Origin: Anaerolineae bacterium
GTDB lineage: Bacteria > Chloroflexota > Anaerolineae > 4572-78 > NAK82
Length of the DNA: 64,000 nucleotides
Direction of reading: 5' to 3'
Assembly: GCA_034436775.1 (NCBI GenBank)
Contig: DAOTVI010000061.1
Span: 125 to 64,124 of the forward strand
Shown: one piece after another, positions 19,910 through 28,404 of the stretch
Position numbering within the stretch: position 1 is the stretch's first letter
Layout of the letters: each line of letters begins with the position of its first letter
Made by a program: the position numbers and the translations under genes
The notes under the pieces: generated by a model
Seen by the model: only the letters and a program-made list of their open reading frames with translations
The model's database searches: none
What the model was told of the DNA's origin: nothing

Positions 19910-22090
19910 CTAGCGCGTCTGGCGCACCGCTTCGACCACATTAGGCAGGCGTGCGATGCGCGTCAGAACACGCGCCAGTTGGTGAACATCGCTGATTTGG
20001 AGTGTCAGGGTCATCTTGGCCATATTGTTTTTGGGCTGCGTGGCCAAGGTGGCAGCGCTCATATTGATCGATTCCTCGGCGATGACGGCCGCGATATCGC
20101 GGAAGAGCCCTGGCCGATCGTAGGCGCGCACATGAACCACCACCGGATAAGTATCCGTTACCTCGTCACCCCAATCCACTTCGATCAATCGCTCGCCTTC
20201 ATCCATGCGCAACACGTTCAGACAGTCACGCCGATGAATAGTCACCCCGCGCCCACGTGTGACATAACCCACAATCGCGTCTCCCGGCACCGGATTACAA
20301 CAGTGCGCTAGATGGGTCATCAGCCCACCCGCTCCGCGCACACGCACACCGGTTGAGGGTTTCTTCGCAGGACGCGGCGCCGCGGTGGGCACTTCGAGAT
20401 CCGGTTGAGCGGGCCGGGTCAGGTCTAGGAGCCGTCCGACGATCTGCTGTGCGTTGATATCGCCCGCCCCTATGGCGGCTAACAAATCCTCCGTTTTCTC
20501 TAAATTGAACTTGCGTGCGATCTGGTCAAAGGGGATGTCACTCAATCCTAAACGTTTAAGCTCACGCTCCAACACCTCGCGTCCCTGTGCAATGTGCTGT
20601 TCGCGATTCTGGCGCTTAAACCACTGGCGAATCTTGCTCATCGCCCGCGAGGTTTTGACATAGCCCAGATGGGGATTGAGCCAGTCCAGGCTGGGACCAC
20701 CACGTTTGGCGGTCAGGATTTCCACCATGTCCCCACTTTTCAGCTGATAGTCCAGGCCCACCAGCTTGCCGTTTACCCGCGCCCCGCGACAGCGATTGCC
20801 CACCTCTGTGTGGACGTGATAGGCGAAGTCAATCGGTGTCGAACCGGCAGGCAGCTCGAAGATATCCCCTTTAGGTGAGAAGACATAGACGTGGTCTTGG
20901 AAAACGTCGGTCTTCAGCGAGTTGACGAACTCGTGCGCGTCGGTGAGATCTTGGCGCCACTCAATCAGTTGGCGCAGCCACGCAATCTTGTTGTCGAAAG
21001 TGGGATCGGGCTTGTGGCTTTCCTTGTAGCGCCAATGGGCCGCAATACCATACTCTGCCGTGTGGTGCATTTCGTAGGTGCGAATCTGCACCTCCAACGG
21101 CTTGCCGCCTGGCCCGATCACAGCGGTGTGGAGGGAACGATACATATTGTCCTTGGGCGTGGCGATATAGTCATCGAACTCACCTGGAATGGGGCTCCAC
21201 TTTCCATGGATCACCCCTAAGGCAGCATAGCAATCCCGCACCGAGGGGACAATGATGCGAATAGCACGCACGTCGTAAATCTGGTCGAAATCAACCCCCT
21301 TGCGTTGCATCTTGCGATAGATGCCGTAGACGTGCTTCGGCCGCCCGGATACTTCTGCTTTGATGCCCGCCTTCTCCAGCTCTTGTTGCACCTGAGCAAT
21401 CACCATCTCGATATAACGATCGCGGTCTGCTCCGCGTTCGTTGAGCAAGGTGGTGATCTCATGGTACTTCTCGGGATCGAGGTAACGGAATGCCAGGTCT
21501 TCCAGCTCCGACTTGATCTTCCAGATGCCCAGACGATTGGCGAGCGGGGCGAAAATTTCCAGCGTTTCGCGCGCAATTTGTTTGCGTTTTTCTTCTTCCA
21601 GCGAGCCCAGCGTGCGCATGTTGTGCAAGCGATCGGCCAGCTTGATGAGCACCACCCGGACATCGTCCACCATGGCAAGGAACATCTTGCGCAGACTTTC
21701 CGCCCGAGCGTCTTCGCGCACGTTGCGGTCACTCAGGCCGCTGAGATGGTCAATATGTCGCAGCTTGGTGACCCCGTCCACCAGCCGGGCGATTTCCGCG
21801 CCAAAATCTGCCTCGAGCTGGGCTTGGGTATATGGGGTGTCTTCGACCACGTCATGCAGAAGGGCAGCGGCCAAAGTGGGAGTATCCATGCGCAAATCCG
21901 CCAAGATCATCGCCGTAGCAAGACAATGGGTGATGTACGGCTCCCCAGAGGCACGCAGCTGACCGTGATGGGCCTGGCGGGCCACGTTGAAGGCACGACG
22001 CAAGAGCAGCCGATCCGCCTCCGGACGATCTTGACCCAGCTCTTCCACCAAGGTATCGTAATAGGTATCAGAGGTCACTTGAGTGATCAT
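19910..22090 (-). CDS. relA: Bifunctional (p)ppGpp synthetase/hydrolase
   Basis: 726 aa. HD hydrolase domain (HDVVEDT), synthetase domain (YRSLHT), TGS domain and a C-terminal ACT-like region. Confidence 0.9.
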   Translation of the reverse strand: MITQVTSDTYYDTLVEELGQDRPEADRLLLRRAFNVARQAHHGQLRASGEPYITHCLATAMILADLRMDTPTLAAALLHDVVEDTPYTQAQLEADFGAEIARLVDGVTKLRHIDHLSGLSDRNVREDARAESLRKMFLAMVDDVRVVLIKLADRLHNMRTLGSLEEEKRKQIARETLEIFAPLANRLGIWKIKSELEDLAFRYLDPEKYHEITTLLNERGADRDRYIEMVIAQVQQELEKAGIKAEVSGRPKHVYGIYRKMQRKGVDFDQIYDVRAIRIIVPSVRDCYAALGVIHGKWSPIPGEFDDYIATPKDNMYRSLHTAVIGPGGKPLEVQIRTYEMHHTAEYGIAAHWRYKESHKPDPTFDNKIAWLRQLIEWRQDLTDAHEFVNSLKTDVFQDHVYVFSPKGDIFELPAGSTPIDFAYHVHTEVGNRCRGARVNGKLVGLDYQLKSGDMVEILTAKRGGPSLDWLNPHLGYVKTSRAMSKIRQWFKRQNREQHIAQGREVLERELKRLGLSDIPFDQIARKFNLEKTEDLLAAIGAGDINAQQIVGRLLDLTRPAQPDLEVPTAAPRPAKKPSTGVRVRGAGGLMTHLAHCCNPVPGDAIVGYVTRGRGVTIHRRDCLNVLRMDEGERLIEVDWGDEVTDTYPVVVHVRAYDRPGLFRDIAAVIAEESINMSAATLATQPKNNMAKMTLTLQISDVHQLARVLTRIARLPNVVEAVRQTR

Positions 22091-22098
22091 AGGGATAT

Positions 22099-23511
22099 CT
22101 AAGACACAAGTTCCACCTTGTCCCCACGGTAGGGGATCTCAATGCAAGCTCCCTGGATTCGTTCGCCCAACGCTTGAGCCAGCGCTTGACAGCTCGGTTC
22201 TTCACCGTGCACGAGAAAAATGGCGCGTAGCGAGCCGGTACGGTGGATACGTTGCGCCCAGCGCACCAGCTCGGCTTGATCGGCGTGAGCACTATAGCCA
22301 TCCGCACGACGTACTTCTGCTCTCACGTGGAAGTGTTCTCCCAAAATGGGCACCGGGTTCTGGCCATCCAGTAGCTTGCGCCCCAATGTATTCTCGGCCT
22401 GAAATCCGACGAACAGTATCATCGTACGTGAATCTTCGATGTTGTTCTTGAGATGGTGCAAGATACGTCCTGCCTCGCACATGCCCGAAGCACTGATAAT
22501 GATAGCCGGCCCGGCAAGCGTGTTCAGCTCCTTCGATGCTTCCACGCTGCGGACATAGCGCAGCCGACTGAAGCCAAAGGGATCACGGTCATGCTCGCGC
22601 AACATCAGATCAAGCATCTCTTCGTCGAAGCATTCGGGATGCATCCGGAATATTTCCGTGGCATTTGCCGCTAAGGGGCTGTCCACAAACACGTCCATAT
22701 GCGGCAGCCGGTCTTCCTCCCACAATTGATTCAGCCGATAGACGATCTCTTGCGTGCGCCCGACCGCAAAGCAAGGGATGAGCAATTTGCCGCTGCGTTG
22801 GTACGTCGTCTCAGCTGCCTGACGCAACGCTTCCTTGGCCTGATCGGGGGTCTCGTGCAGGCGATCCCCATAGGTGCTCTCCATCACGAGGAAGTCCACC
22901 TGCTCAGCCGTTTGCGGATCGCGCAGGATGGGAAGACCTTTGCGTCCGATGTCGCCGCTGAAAAGCACACGCAATGAGTGCCCGTTTTCGTTGATATCCA
23001 GGACAAGCGATGCTGACCCTAAGATATGGCCGGCGTCGATAAACTGGGCGACGAGACCCAGCACAACCTCGAAAGGACGACCATACTCGACAGAACGGAA
23101 CAAAGGCAGCACGGCCATCACATCCGCTTGCGTATAGAGAGGTTCGAAGGGGCGCTTGCCCTGACGCAGACGGCGCTTATTCACATAGGCAACATCTTGC
23201 TCCTGGATGTGCGCCGAGTCGAGCAGCATCAAGCCAGCCAAATCACGTGTCGCCGAAGTGGCGTAGATGTGTCCGCGGAAGCCAGCGCGCACGAGCGACG
23301 GCAGGTTGCCACTGTGATCAATGTGGGCATGGGTCAGCAGTACCGCGTCCACATCCTCTGCTTGAAAAGGCAGATTGCGGTTTATCTCAAACGCTTCTTT
23401 GCGCCTGCCTTGCATCAAACCACAATCGATCAACACTTGCCGGCCATGAATGGTGAGCATATGCATCGTGCCGGTTACCGAGCGCGCGCCACCCCAAAAA
23501 TGTACCCACAC
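22099..23511 (-). CDS. Metallo-beta-lactamase/beta-CASP family RNA-metabolising nuclease
   Basis: 470 aa. THAHIDHSG motif, beta-CASP region, C-terminal GYSAHAD motif. GTG start with GGAGG upstream. Stop lies 8 nt before the relA start. Confidence 0.8.
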   Translation of the reverse strand: MWVHFWGGARSVTGTMHMLTIHGRQVLIDCGLMQGRRKEAFEINRNLPFQAEDVDAVLLTHAHIDHSGNLPSLVRAGFRGHIYATSATRDLAGLMLLDSAHIQEQDVAYVNKRRLRQGKRPFEPLYTQADVMAVLPLFRSVEYGRPFEVVLGLVAQFIDAGHILGSASLVLDINENGHSLRVLFSGDIGRKGLPILRDPQTAEQVDFLVMESTYGDRLHETPDQAKEALRQAAETTYQRSGKLLIPCFAVGRTQEIVYRLNQLWEEDRLPHMDVFVDSPLAANATEIFRMHPECFDEEMLDLMLREHDRDPFGFSRLRYVRSVEASKELNTLAGPAIIISASGMCEAGRILHHLKNNIEDSRTMILFVGFQAENTLGRKLLDGQNPVPILGEHFHVRAEVRRADGYSAHADQAELVRWAQRIHRTGSLRAIFLVHGEEPSCQALAQALGERIQGACIEIPYRGDKVELVS

Positions 23512-23530
23512 ACCTACCTCCTATTAGCGC

Positions 23531-23559
23531 ATTGTACCTCATGATGCGCCCGGATGCAA
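23531..23559 (-). promoter_or_regulatory. Sigma-70-type promoter for the beta-CASP/relA unit
   Basis: On the minus strand: TTGCAT (23559-23554), a 17-nt spacer, then TACAAT (23536-23531). About 20 nt upstream of the GTG at 23511. Confidence 0.45.
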
Positions 23560-23811
23560 CCTTTTGGACGAAAAGCCTTAAAAAATCTATAATCCTTTCA
23601 TTATCTAATGAAATATCAGAAAAGATTCAGCGCTCACTCGCAAACGCTGAACAGAGCCAAGGTGCATGACCACCGAGGAATCGTCAGATTAGCTGCAATG
23701 TCGGCCACTTGGGCAGCGACACAATTGCGCGCATGCCACAGGCCGGCAACGAGCTTGAGGGATTATCTATGGGCAGGTATTGTTTTCAAACCCGATTGGG
23801 GATTGGAATGC

Positions 23812-24099
23812 TCACGCGACCTTGCGCAGCGCGAATTGGCTGCATGAACGACACTCGGTCGCTAAACTGCCCTCGGCTTGACGACGCGCGACCCAACAGA
23901 CCGGATTGGTTTGCCCGGCATACGGGCATCGAGCCGCGATCGCCTGACCCAAGGATGCAAGTCGGAGCTCCGCCTCCCGTTGCCATCGAGCGTCCAAGCG
24001 CTTCAACGCCCACGCAATGGCCAAGATGACGGCCAGAGGCACTCCCAGTCGTAACAAGAACATCCCAAGCATGACTGCGGTGTCTGCCAACCATTCCAT
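23812..24099 (-). CDS. Hypothetical small membrane protein with Cys-rich C-terminus
   Basis: ORF 23812..24141. Start placed at MEWLADTAV. One TM helix, then CPY...C...CRSC. No recognisable family. Confidence 0.35.
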   Translation of the reverse strand: MEWLADTAVMLGMFLLRLGVPLAVILAIAWALKRLDARWQREAELRLASLGQAIAARCPYAGQTNPVCWVARRQAEGSLATECRSCSQFALRKVA

Positions 24100-24168
24100 T
24101 GGTTTCACCCCCTCTCTGTCTGCATATCCAGCATAACACAAAAAAGGGGAAAAAGTCCATAGGAAGAG

Positions 24169-24244
24169 GTTAGAAAAGCCCTTGATTGCTCGGATTTTGT
24201 AGGAAAATGGGCCGGTAAATCAGGTGACTAAAGGCTTTTGCAAC
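24169..24244. repeat. Copy A of a conserved intergenic element of about 77 nt (candidate structured RNA or miniature repeat)
   Basis: GTTAGAAAAGCC...TTTTGTAGGAAAATGGGCCGGTAAATCAGGTGACTAAAGGCTTTTGCAAC. The core is shared with 45656..45734. The terminal arms are complementary. Confidence 0.5.
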
Positions 24245-24423
24245 ACGTTCCCCTAGGACAGTCCGTTGGGAACGCATTTCAGCTCGGGGACAAGGTTCCG
24301 CCGTGCACGCGCCAAACGGCTCGAACGCTCACAAAAACGGCCGAGAAACCGTCTTAGCAGTCCAAAAGTATCTCAGGGTCTCCCCGGTGCGAAGCATGCC
24401 CCAGGATCAAAATGCATCTGTCC

Positions 24424-24446
24424 GTTGAAAAAGTGGAGCGCTGCAT
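24424..24446. repeat. Partial third copy (5-prime arm only) of the same element
   Basis: GTTGAAAAAGTGGAGCGCTGCAT compared with copy B GTTGAAAAAGTCCCTGGACCGCTCAT. Confidence 0.3.
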
Positions 24447-24632
24447 GCAATGTGCCGGAACAGGCACTCGCTCAGCCAGCCCATGGTGAAATGCTGACCG
24501 GTTTCACGCATCCAGCAAGGCGATCCGCACAGCCCGGCACAGTCGCCACCCTATGGAGAGGTGTTCACATATGAAGCCTCAATGCAAGGACGCATCCACA
24601 GGGTACCCCCAAGATGTCCGCACGCCATAGGA

Positions 24633-24965
24633 TTATTCAGTTCTGACGATGGGAGGAAGGTTTTCTTGAATCTCTTCCGCCTTTCTTTTCGCTTCGGCGA
24701 TAATGTCCTCCGCTCGTTGACGCGCCTCGGCCAGGATTTCCTCTGCGCGGCGGCGTGCATCGGCCGTGATCGCTTCGGCCTTCTCCTGGGCTTCGGCAAT
24801 CGTCTCGTTCACGCGCTCTTTTAACTCCAGCCCGGCGTTGCGGATCTGCGCGCGTGTCTGGGGTCCAGACTGCGGGGCCAGGAGCAAACCCAAAGCTGCT
24901 CCGATCATACCACCGACAATCAGACCCGCGAAAAATTCACCAAAACCGTTTTCTCGCTCTGCCAT
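24633..24965 (-). CDS. YtxH-like general-stress membrane-anchored protein
   Basis: 110 aa. N-terminal Gly-rich TM segment (FFAGLIVGGMIGAALGLLLAPQSG) followed by an A/E/R-rich coiled coil. Confidence 0.7.
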   Translation of the reverse strand: MAERENGFGEFFAGLIVGGMIGAALGLLLAPQSGPQTRAQIRNAGLELKERVNETIAEAQEKAEAITADARRRAEEILAEARQRAEDIIAEAKRKAEEIQENLPPIVRTE

Positions 24966-25011
24966 GTGATCCCTCCTTTAATCCGATATTCCACTCCCAA
25001 AGTTTGGGATT

Positions 25012-25512
25012 TCATTGCTGCGACCGGGTGAACGATCGGATGATGCTCTTCACTGCAGCCACACAAGCCATGACCTCAATGATCGGTTTGACTGCCGAAT
25101 CGCTGATAAAGATGGCTCGACTGCGCACCGTGCGTACGGTGTCATCAGCTTGTTGCATGATCGGGTGTAGCTCAGTTTGGAGCAGGTGGATCAGGTCATG
25201 CAGCTTCAGAACAACATAGACGATCGCGGTCAGGATAGCGAGCAGCAACAAGCCAATCATCATAGACTGGACGCCCAATACCACCAGAAAAATGTCGCGC
25301 AACGTGGCCGCCGTAGCAGGATTACGAAACATGAACACACTGAACAGGATAACCCCTGCGATCAGAACCACCGCCAAGGCCAACGCTGCCAACATCGGCA
25401 GCCGTCTACCCGCGGCACCGCGCCGCTGCATTTCGGGCAAGTTGGGGTCTGTTGGATGGGGAGCGGGGGGAATATCAAAAACGCCGGTATACTGGGTGTA
25501 GTTTTCAGGCAT
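25012..25512 (-). CDS. Membrane protein, DUF948-like
   Basis: 166 aa. Two TM segments, then a helical region resembling DUF948 proteins that often neighbour YtxH genes. Confidence 0.45.
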   Translation of the reverse strand: MPENYTQYTGVFDIPPAPHPTDPNLPEMQRRGAAGRRLPMLAALALAVVLIAGVILFSVFMFRNPATAATLRDIFLVVLGVQSMMIGLLLLAILTAIVYVVLKLHDLIHLLQTELHPIMQQADDTVRTVRSRAIFISDSAVKPIIEVMACVAAVKSIIRSFTRSQQ

Positions 25513-25566
25513 AGTGGATCGCTCCTCTCAACATGCTGAACCCCTGATGTGCTATGGGAAATTTTA

Positions 25567-25815
25567 TTACAGTCTCAACCATCTGGCAATGAAGAGCGAG
25601 ATGCCGCTGCCCAAGCTCCCTTCCACCGGGTGCAGGCGCCCCATCGTGAAAATTTCGAGGCCGGCGAGCTCCCCGATCAGCTGTCCGAGGGCGAAGCCCA
25701 CCGTAGAGGCCAACAAGAAGGCCAGGAGTTGGCGCAGCTTGCGCCCAAAATATAAGTGAAATAGCGCTCCGTAGCTTGCTCCAAAGAGCACGATCAGCAA
25801 GAGCTCTGGTGACAT
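25567..25815 (-). CDS. Hypothetical small membrane protein
   Basis: 82 aa with about three hydrophobic helices. No recognisable motif. Confidence 0.4.
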   Translation of the reverse strand: MSPELLLIVLFGASYGALFHLYFGRKLRQLLAFLLASTVGFALGQLIGELAGLEIFTMGRLHPVEGSLGSGISLFIARWLRL

Positions 25816-25824
25816 ATTGCGGTG

Positions 25825-26895
25825 CTACTCAATGAAACCGCCTCCCAGGACAACCTCATCTTGATAGAACACCACCGCCTGACCAGGGGTGATATCGCGC
25901 AGGGGCCGGTCGAACTGGACATAGGCGCGATCACCCTCCAGGCAGGTCAACGTCGCCGGGATGTCTGGGGACTTATAGCGAATGCGTGCGGTGACACGCG
26001 CAGGCGAAGGGGGCGCCTGCCCACTGATATAGTGGACCGAGCTGGCGAACAACGCATCACGCCCCAGCTCTTCCGCATTCCCGACGATGACCGCATTACG
26101 GGCCGGGTCGAGCTGTACCACATATGTGCGCTGTGCACGCGCGATCCCCAACCCTTTGCGCTGTCCGATCGTGTAAAATGCCAGACCCCGATGCTGGCCC
26201 AAGAGCGTTCCGCTGGTGTCCAACATGGGACCCGGACGCAATAGCTGCGGAGCATACTGCGCAATAAAGGCACGATAGTCACCATTTTCGCCGGCAAAGC
26301 ACAGATCTTGACTGTCGTTTCTGTCGTGGACCATCAATCCGCGTTGCAAAGCCGCGCGGCGCACATCGGACTTCAGCCAATCTCCCAAAGGAAACAGCAC
26401 GTGCTGGAGCTGCCATTGGGTCAGGCGATGAAGGACATAGCTTTGATCCTTGGTAAGGTCTAGCCCTCGCAAGAGCTGGTACTCTCCGGTCTCCGTGCGG
26501 CGCACCCGGGCATAATGACCCGTGGCCAGGTACTGTGCGCCCAGCGCCAGAGCTTCCTTGAGCAGCAACCCGAAGCGAACGTGCGCATTGCATAGAATGC
26601 AGGGGTTAGGTGTGCGACCGGCCGCATAGGTGGAGACAAAGTAATCCACCACGATGTGTCTGAACGCCTCCCGATAGTCCAGCACATAGAAGGGTATGTT
26701 CAACTGGGCGGCCACCTGACGTGCCGCTGCTATACTGTCCGGCGTGCAACAGCGGTTGTCCCTTGTGCTGCACGCTGCCCACAGGCGCAGCATAACCCCA
26801 ATCACCCCGTACCCTTGTTCGACCAGGAGTGCAGCGGCCATCGAGCTGTCCACGCCGCCGCTCATAGCGACCACGACGGTGCCCCGTTCTGCCAT
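25825..26895 (-). CDS. mnmA: tRNA 2-thiouridine(34) synthase
   Basis: VVVAMSGGVDSS PP-loop. Conserved catalytic Cys context (CILCN). Start ATG 26895; GTG 26910 is an alternative. Confidence 0.9.
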   Translation of the reverse strand: MAERGTVVVAMSGGVDSSMAAALLVEQGYGVIGVMLRLWAACSTRDNRCCTPDSIAAARQVAAQLNIPFYVLDYREAFRHIVVDYFVSTYAAGRTPNPCILCNAHVRFGLLLKEALALGAQYLATGHYARVRRTETGEYQLLRGLDLTKDQSYVLHRLTQWQLQHVLFPLGDWLKSDVRRAALQRGLMVHDRNDSQDLCFAGENGDYRAFIAQYAPQLLRPGPMLDTSGTLLGQHRGLAFYTIGQRKGLGIARAQRTYVVQLDPARNAVIVGNAEELGRDALFASSVHYISGQAPPSPARVTARIRYKSPDIPATLTCLEGDRAYVQFDRPLRDITPGQAVVFYQDEVVLGGGFIE

Positions 26896-26914
26896 CACCG
26901 TACCACCCACCTGT

Positions 26915-28117
26915 TCACCTTGGTTGCAACGTGCTCAACCGCCTCACCACTGTGGGTAACACCTCCAACACCGTTTCGATGTCCTCAGCCGTGGTGGAAC
27001 GGCCCAGGGTCAAACGCAGGGCTCCCAAGGCCAGCTGTGGGGGAATGCCCATTGCGAGCAGCACATCGCTCGGTTCGGCGGCGCCTGTGTTACAGGCGCT
27101 CCCACTGGCAGCACAGATGCCGGCCAAATCGAGGTGCATCAAAAGCGCATTCGCTTCCACCCCCGGGATGACAAAGCTAGCATGATGTGGCAATCTTTGA
27201 GCAGGATGGCCGGTCAGCTGGACATCAGGCAACGCCGCTTGAATGCCCTGGATGAGATGATCGCGCAATCGGGCGAGGCGCTCATTCTCCGTAGGACGCA
27301 CATCCTGGGCCAATTTGAGCGCTTTTGCCAGACCGACGATATAAGGGACATTCTCTGTCCCGGCACGCCGTCCTCCCTCGTGTCCACCTCCGGTTTGTTG
27401 CGGCAACAGGGCAATCCCTTCGCGCACAAACAGCACGCCCACCCCTTTGGGCGCGTAGAATTTGTGCCCCGACAGGGAGAGCAAGTCCACGTTCAGGCGG
27501 TCCACATTTAAATCCAGATAGCCGCCTGCCTGTACGGCATCGGTGTGCAGAGGGATACCATGCTCTCGGGCAATTTCACCCATCGCAGCCAGGGGTTGTA
27601 TGGTACCTACTTCGTTGTTGGCATATATGATGCTGATCAACACGGTATCAGACCGAATCGCGCGCTTCACATCCGCTGGATCAACCATTCCCCAGCGATC
27701 AACAGGTACGATAGTCTGCTCGAAGCCAAAATTTTCGCACAGCTGGGCAATGGTATGCGTAACGGCATGATGTTCACACGCACTGGTGATAATATGCCGG
27801 CCTTTCCCCGCTTGGGCCGCAGCAAAGGCCACCCCCCGAATGGCCAGATTGTCGCTCTCTGTGCCGCAACTGGTAAAGACGACTTCCTTGGGTTTGCACC
27901 CGAGGATCTCTGCCACTTCTCTTCTCGACTGCTCTAATGCCTGTGCCGAAGCACGTGCCTGAACGTGGATGCCGGATGGGTTACCATAGTGCTCAGCGAA
28001 GAACGGCATCATAGCCTCCAGTACGCGTGCATCCACAGGCGTAGAGGCCGCGTGATCTAAATAGATGACCCGTCCCACAGACATTCTGCTCGAAAGCACC
28101 GAGATACCTGTCTCCAT
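26915..28117 (-). CDS. Cysteine desulfurase (class V aminotransferase, NifS/IscS-like)
   Basis: IYLDHAASTP N-terminus, SGHKFYAPKG PLP-lysine motif, GSACN active-site Cys loop. Start ATG 28117 (GAGG upstream); alternatives are 28123 and 28084. Confidence 0.9.
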   Translation of the reverse strand: METGISVLSSRMSVGRVIYLDHAASTPVDARVLEAMMPFFAEHYGNPSGIHVQARASAQALEQSRREVAEILGCKPKEVVFTSCGTESDNLAIRGVAFAAAQAGKGRHIITSACEHHAVTHTIAQLCENFGFEQTIVPVDRWGMVDPADVKRAIRSDTVLISIIYANNEVGTIQPLAAMGEIAREHGIPLHTDAVQAGGYLDLNVDRLNVDLLSLSGHKFYAPKGVGVLFVREGIALLPQQTGGGHEGGRRAGTENVPYIVGLAKALKLAQDVRPTENERLARLRDHLIQGIQAALPDVQLTGHPAQRLPHHASFVIPGVEANALLMHLDLAGICAASGSACNTGAAEPSDVLLAMGIPPQLALGALRLTLGRSTTAEDIETVLEVLPTVVRRLSTLQPR

Positions 28118-28177
28118 ATTCACCTCATATCGCTACGCTCGTCGTTCCTCACCTGCCAGTGATTCACTACACGACAT

Positions 28178-28206
28178 ACCTTAGATTGGTAGAGTATATT
28201 TGTCAA
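28178..28206 (-). promoter_or_regulatory. Candidate sigma-70-type promoter for the cysteine desulfurase/mnmA unit
   Basis: On the minus strand: TTGACA (28206-28201), a 17-nt spacer, then TAAGGT (28183-28178). Confidence 0.35.
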
Positions 28207-28404
28207 GAAAATGTCAGAGAGTTTCTGAAAAATTCTCCCGGTCACCCAAGTTTCGCCCAACTTTCTTACGGAAGGACGTTACCGGGCCGATGGATCTGGA
28301 AGCTTGTCAGCAAGTTCGACCGGAGAGGTGACGTTTTAAAAATTCCGTTGCGCAGGACAGATCTGCCAGGCAGGAACCCTATGCCGCGTTTTGCCGAGGC
28401 CCGG

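Noticed and set aside
24141-24175. GGGGAAAAAGTCCATAGGAAG resembles the RNase P RNA P4 signature GAGGAAAGUCC...AUAGG.
   Set aside because: The other universally conserved RNase P blocks, such as ACAGAAxCCGGCUUA and the GGUAAGGGUGAAA region, are not found on either strand. The GAAAAAGTCC motif recurs in the repeat copy at 45656.
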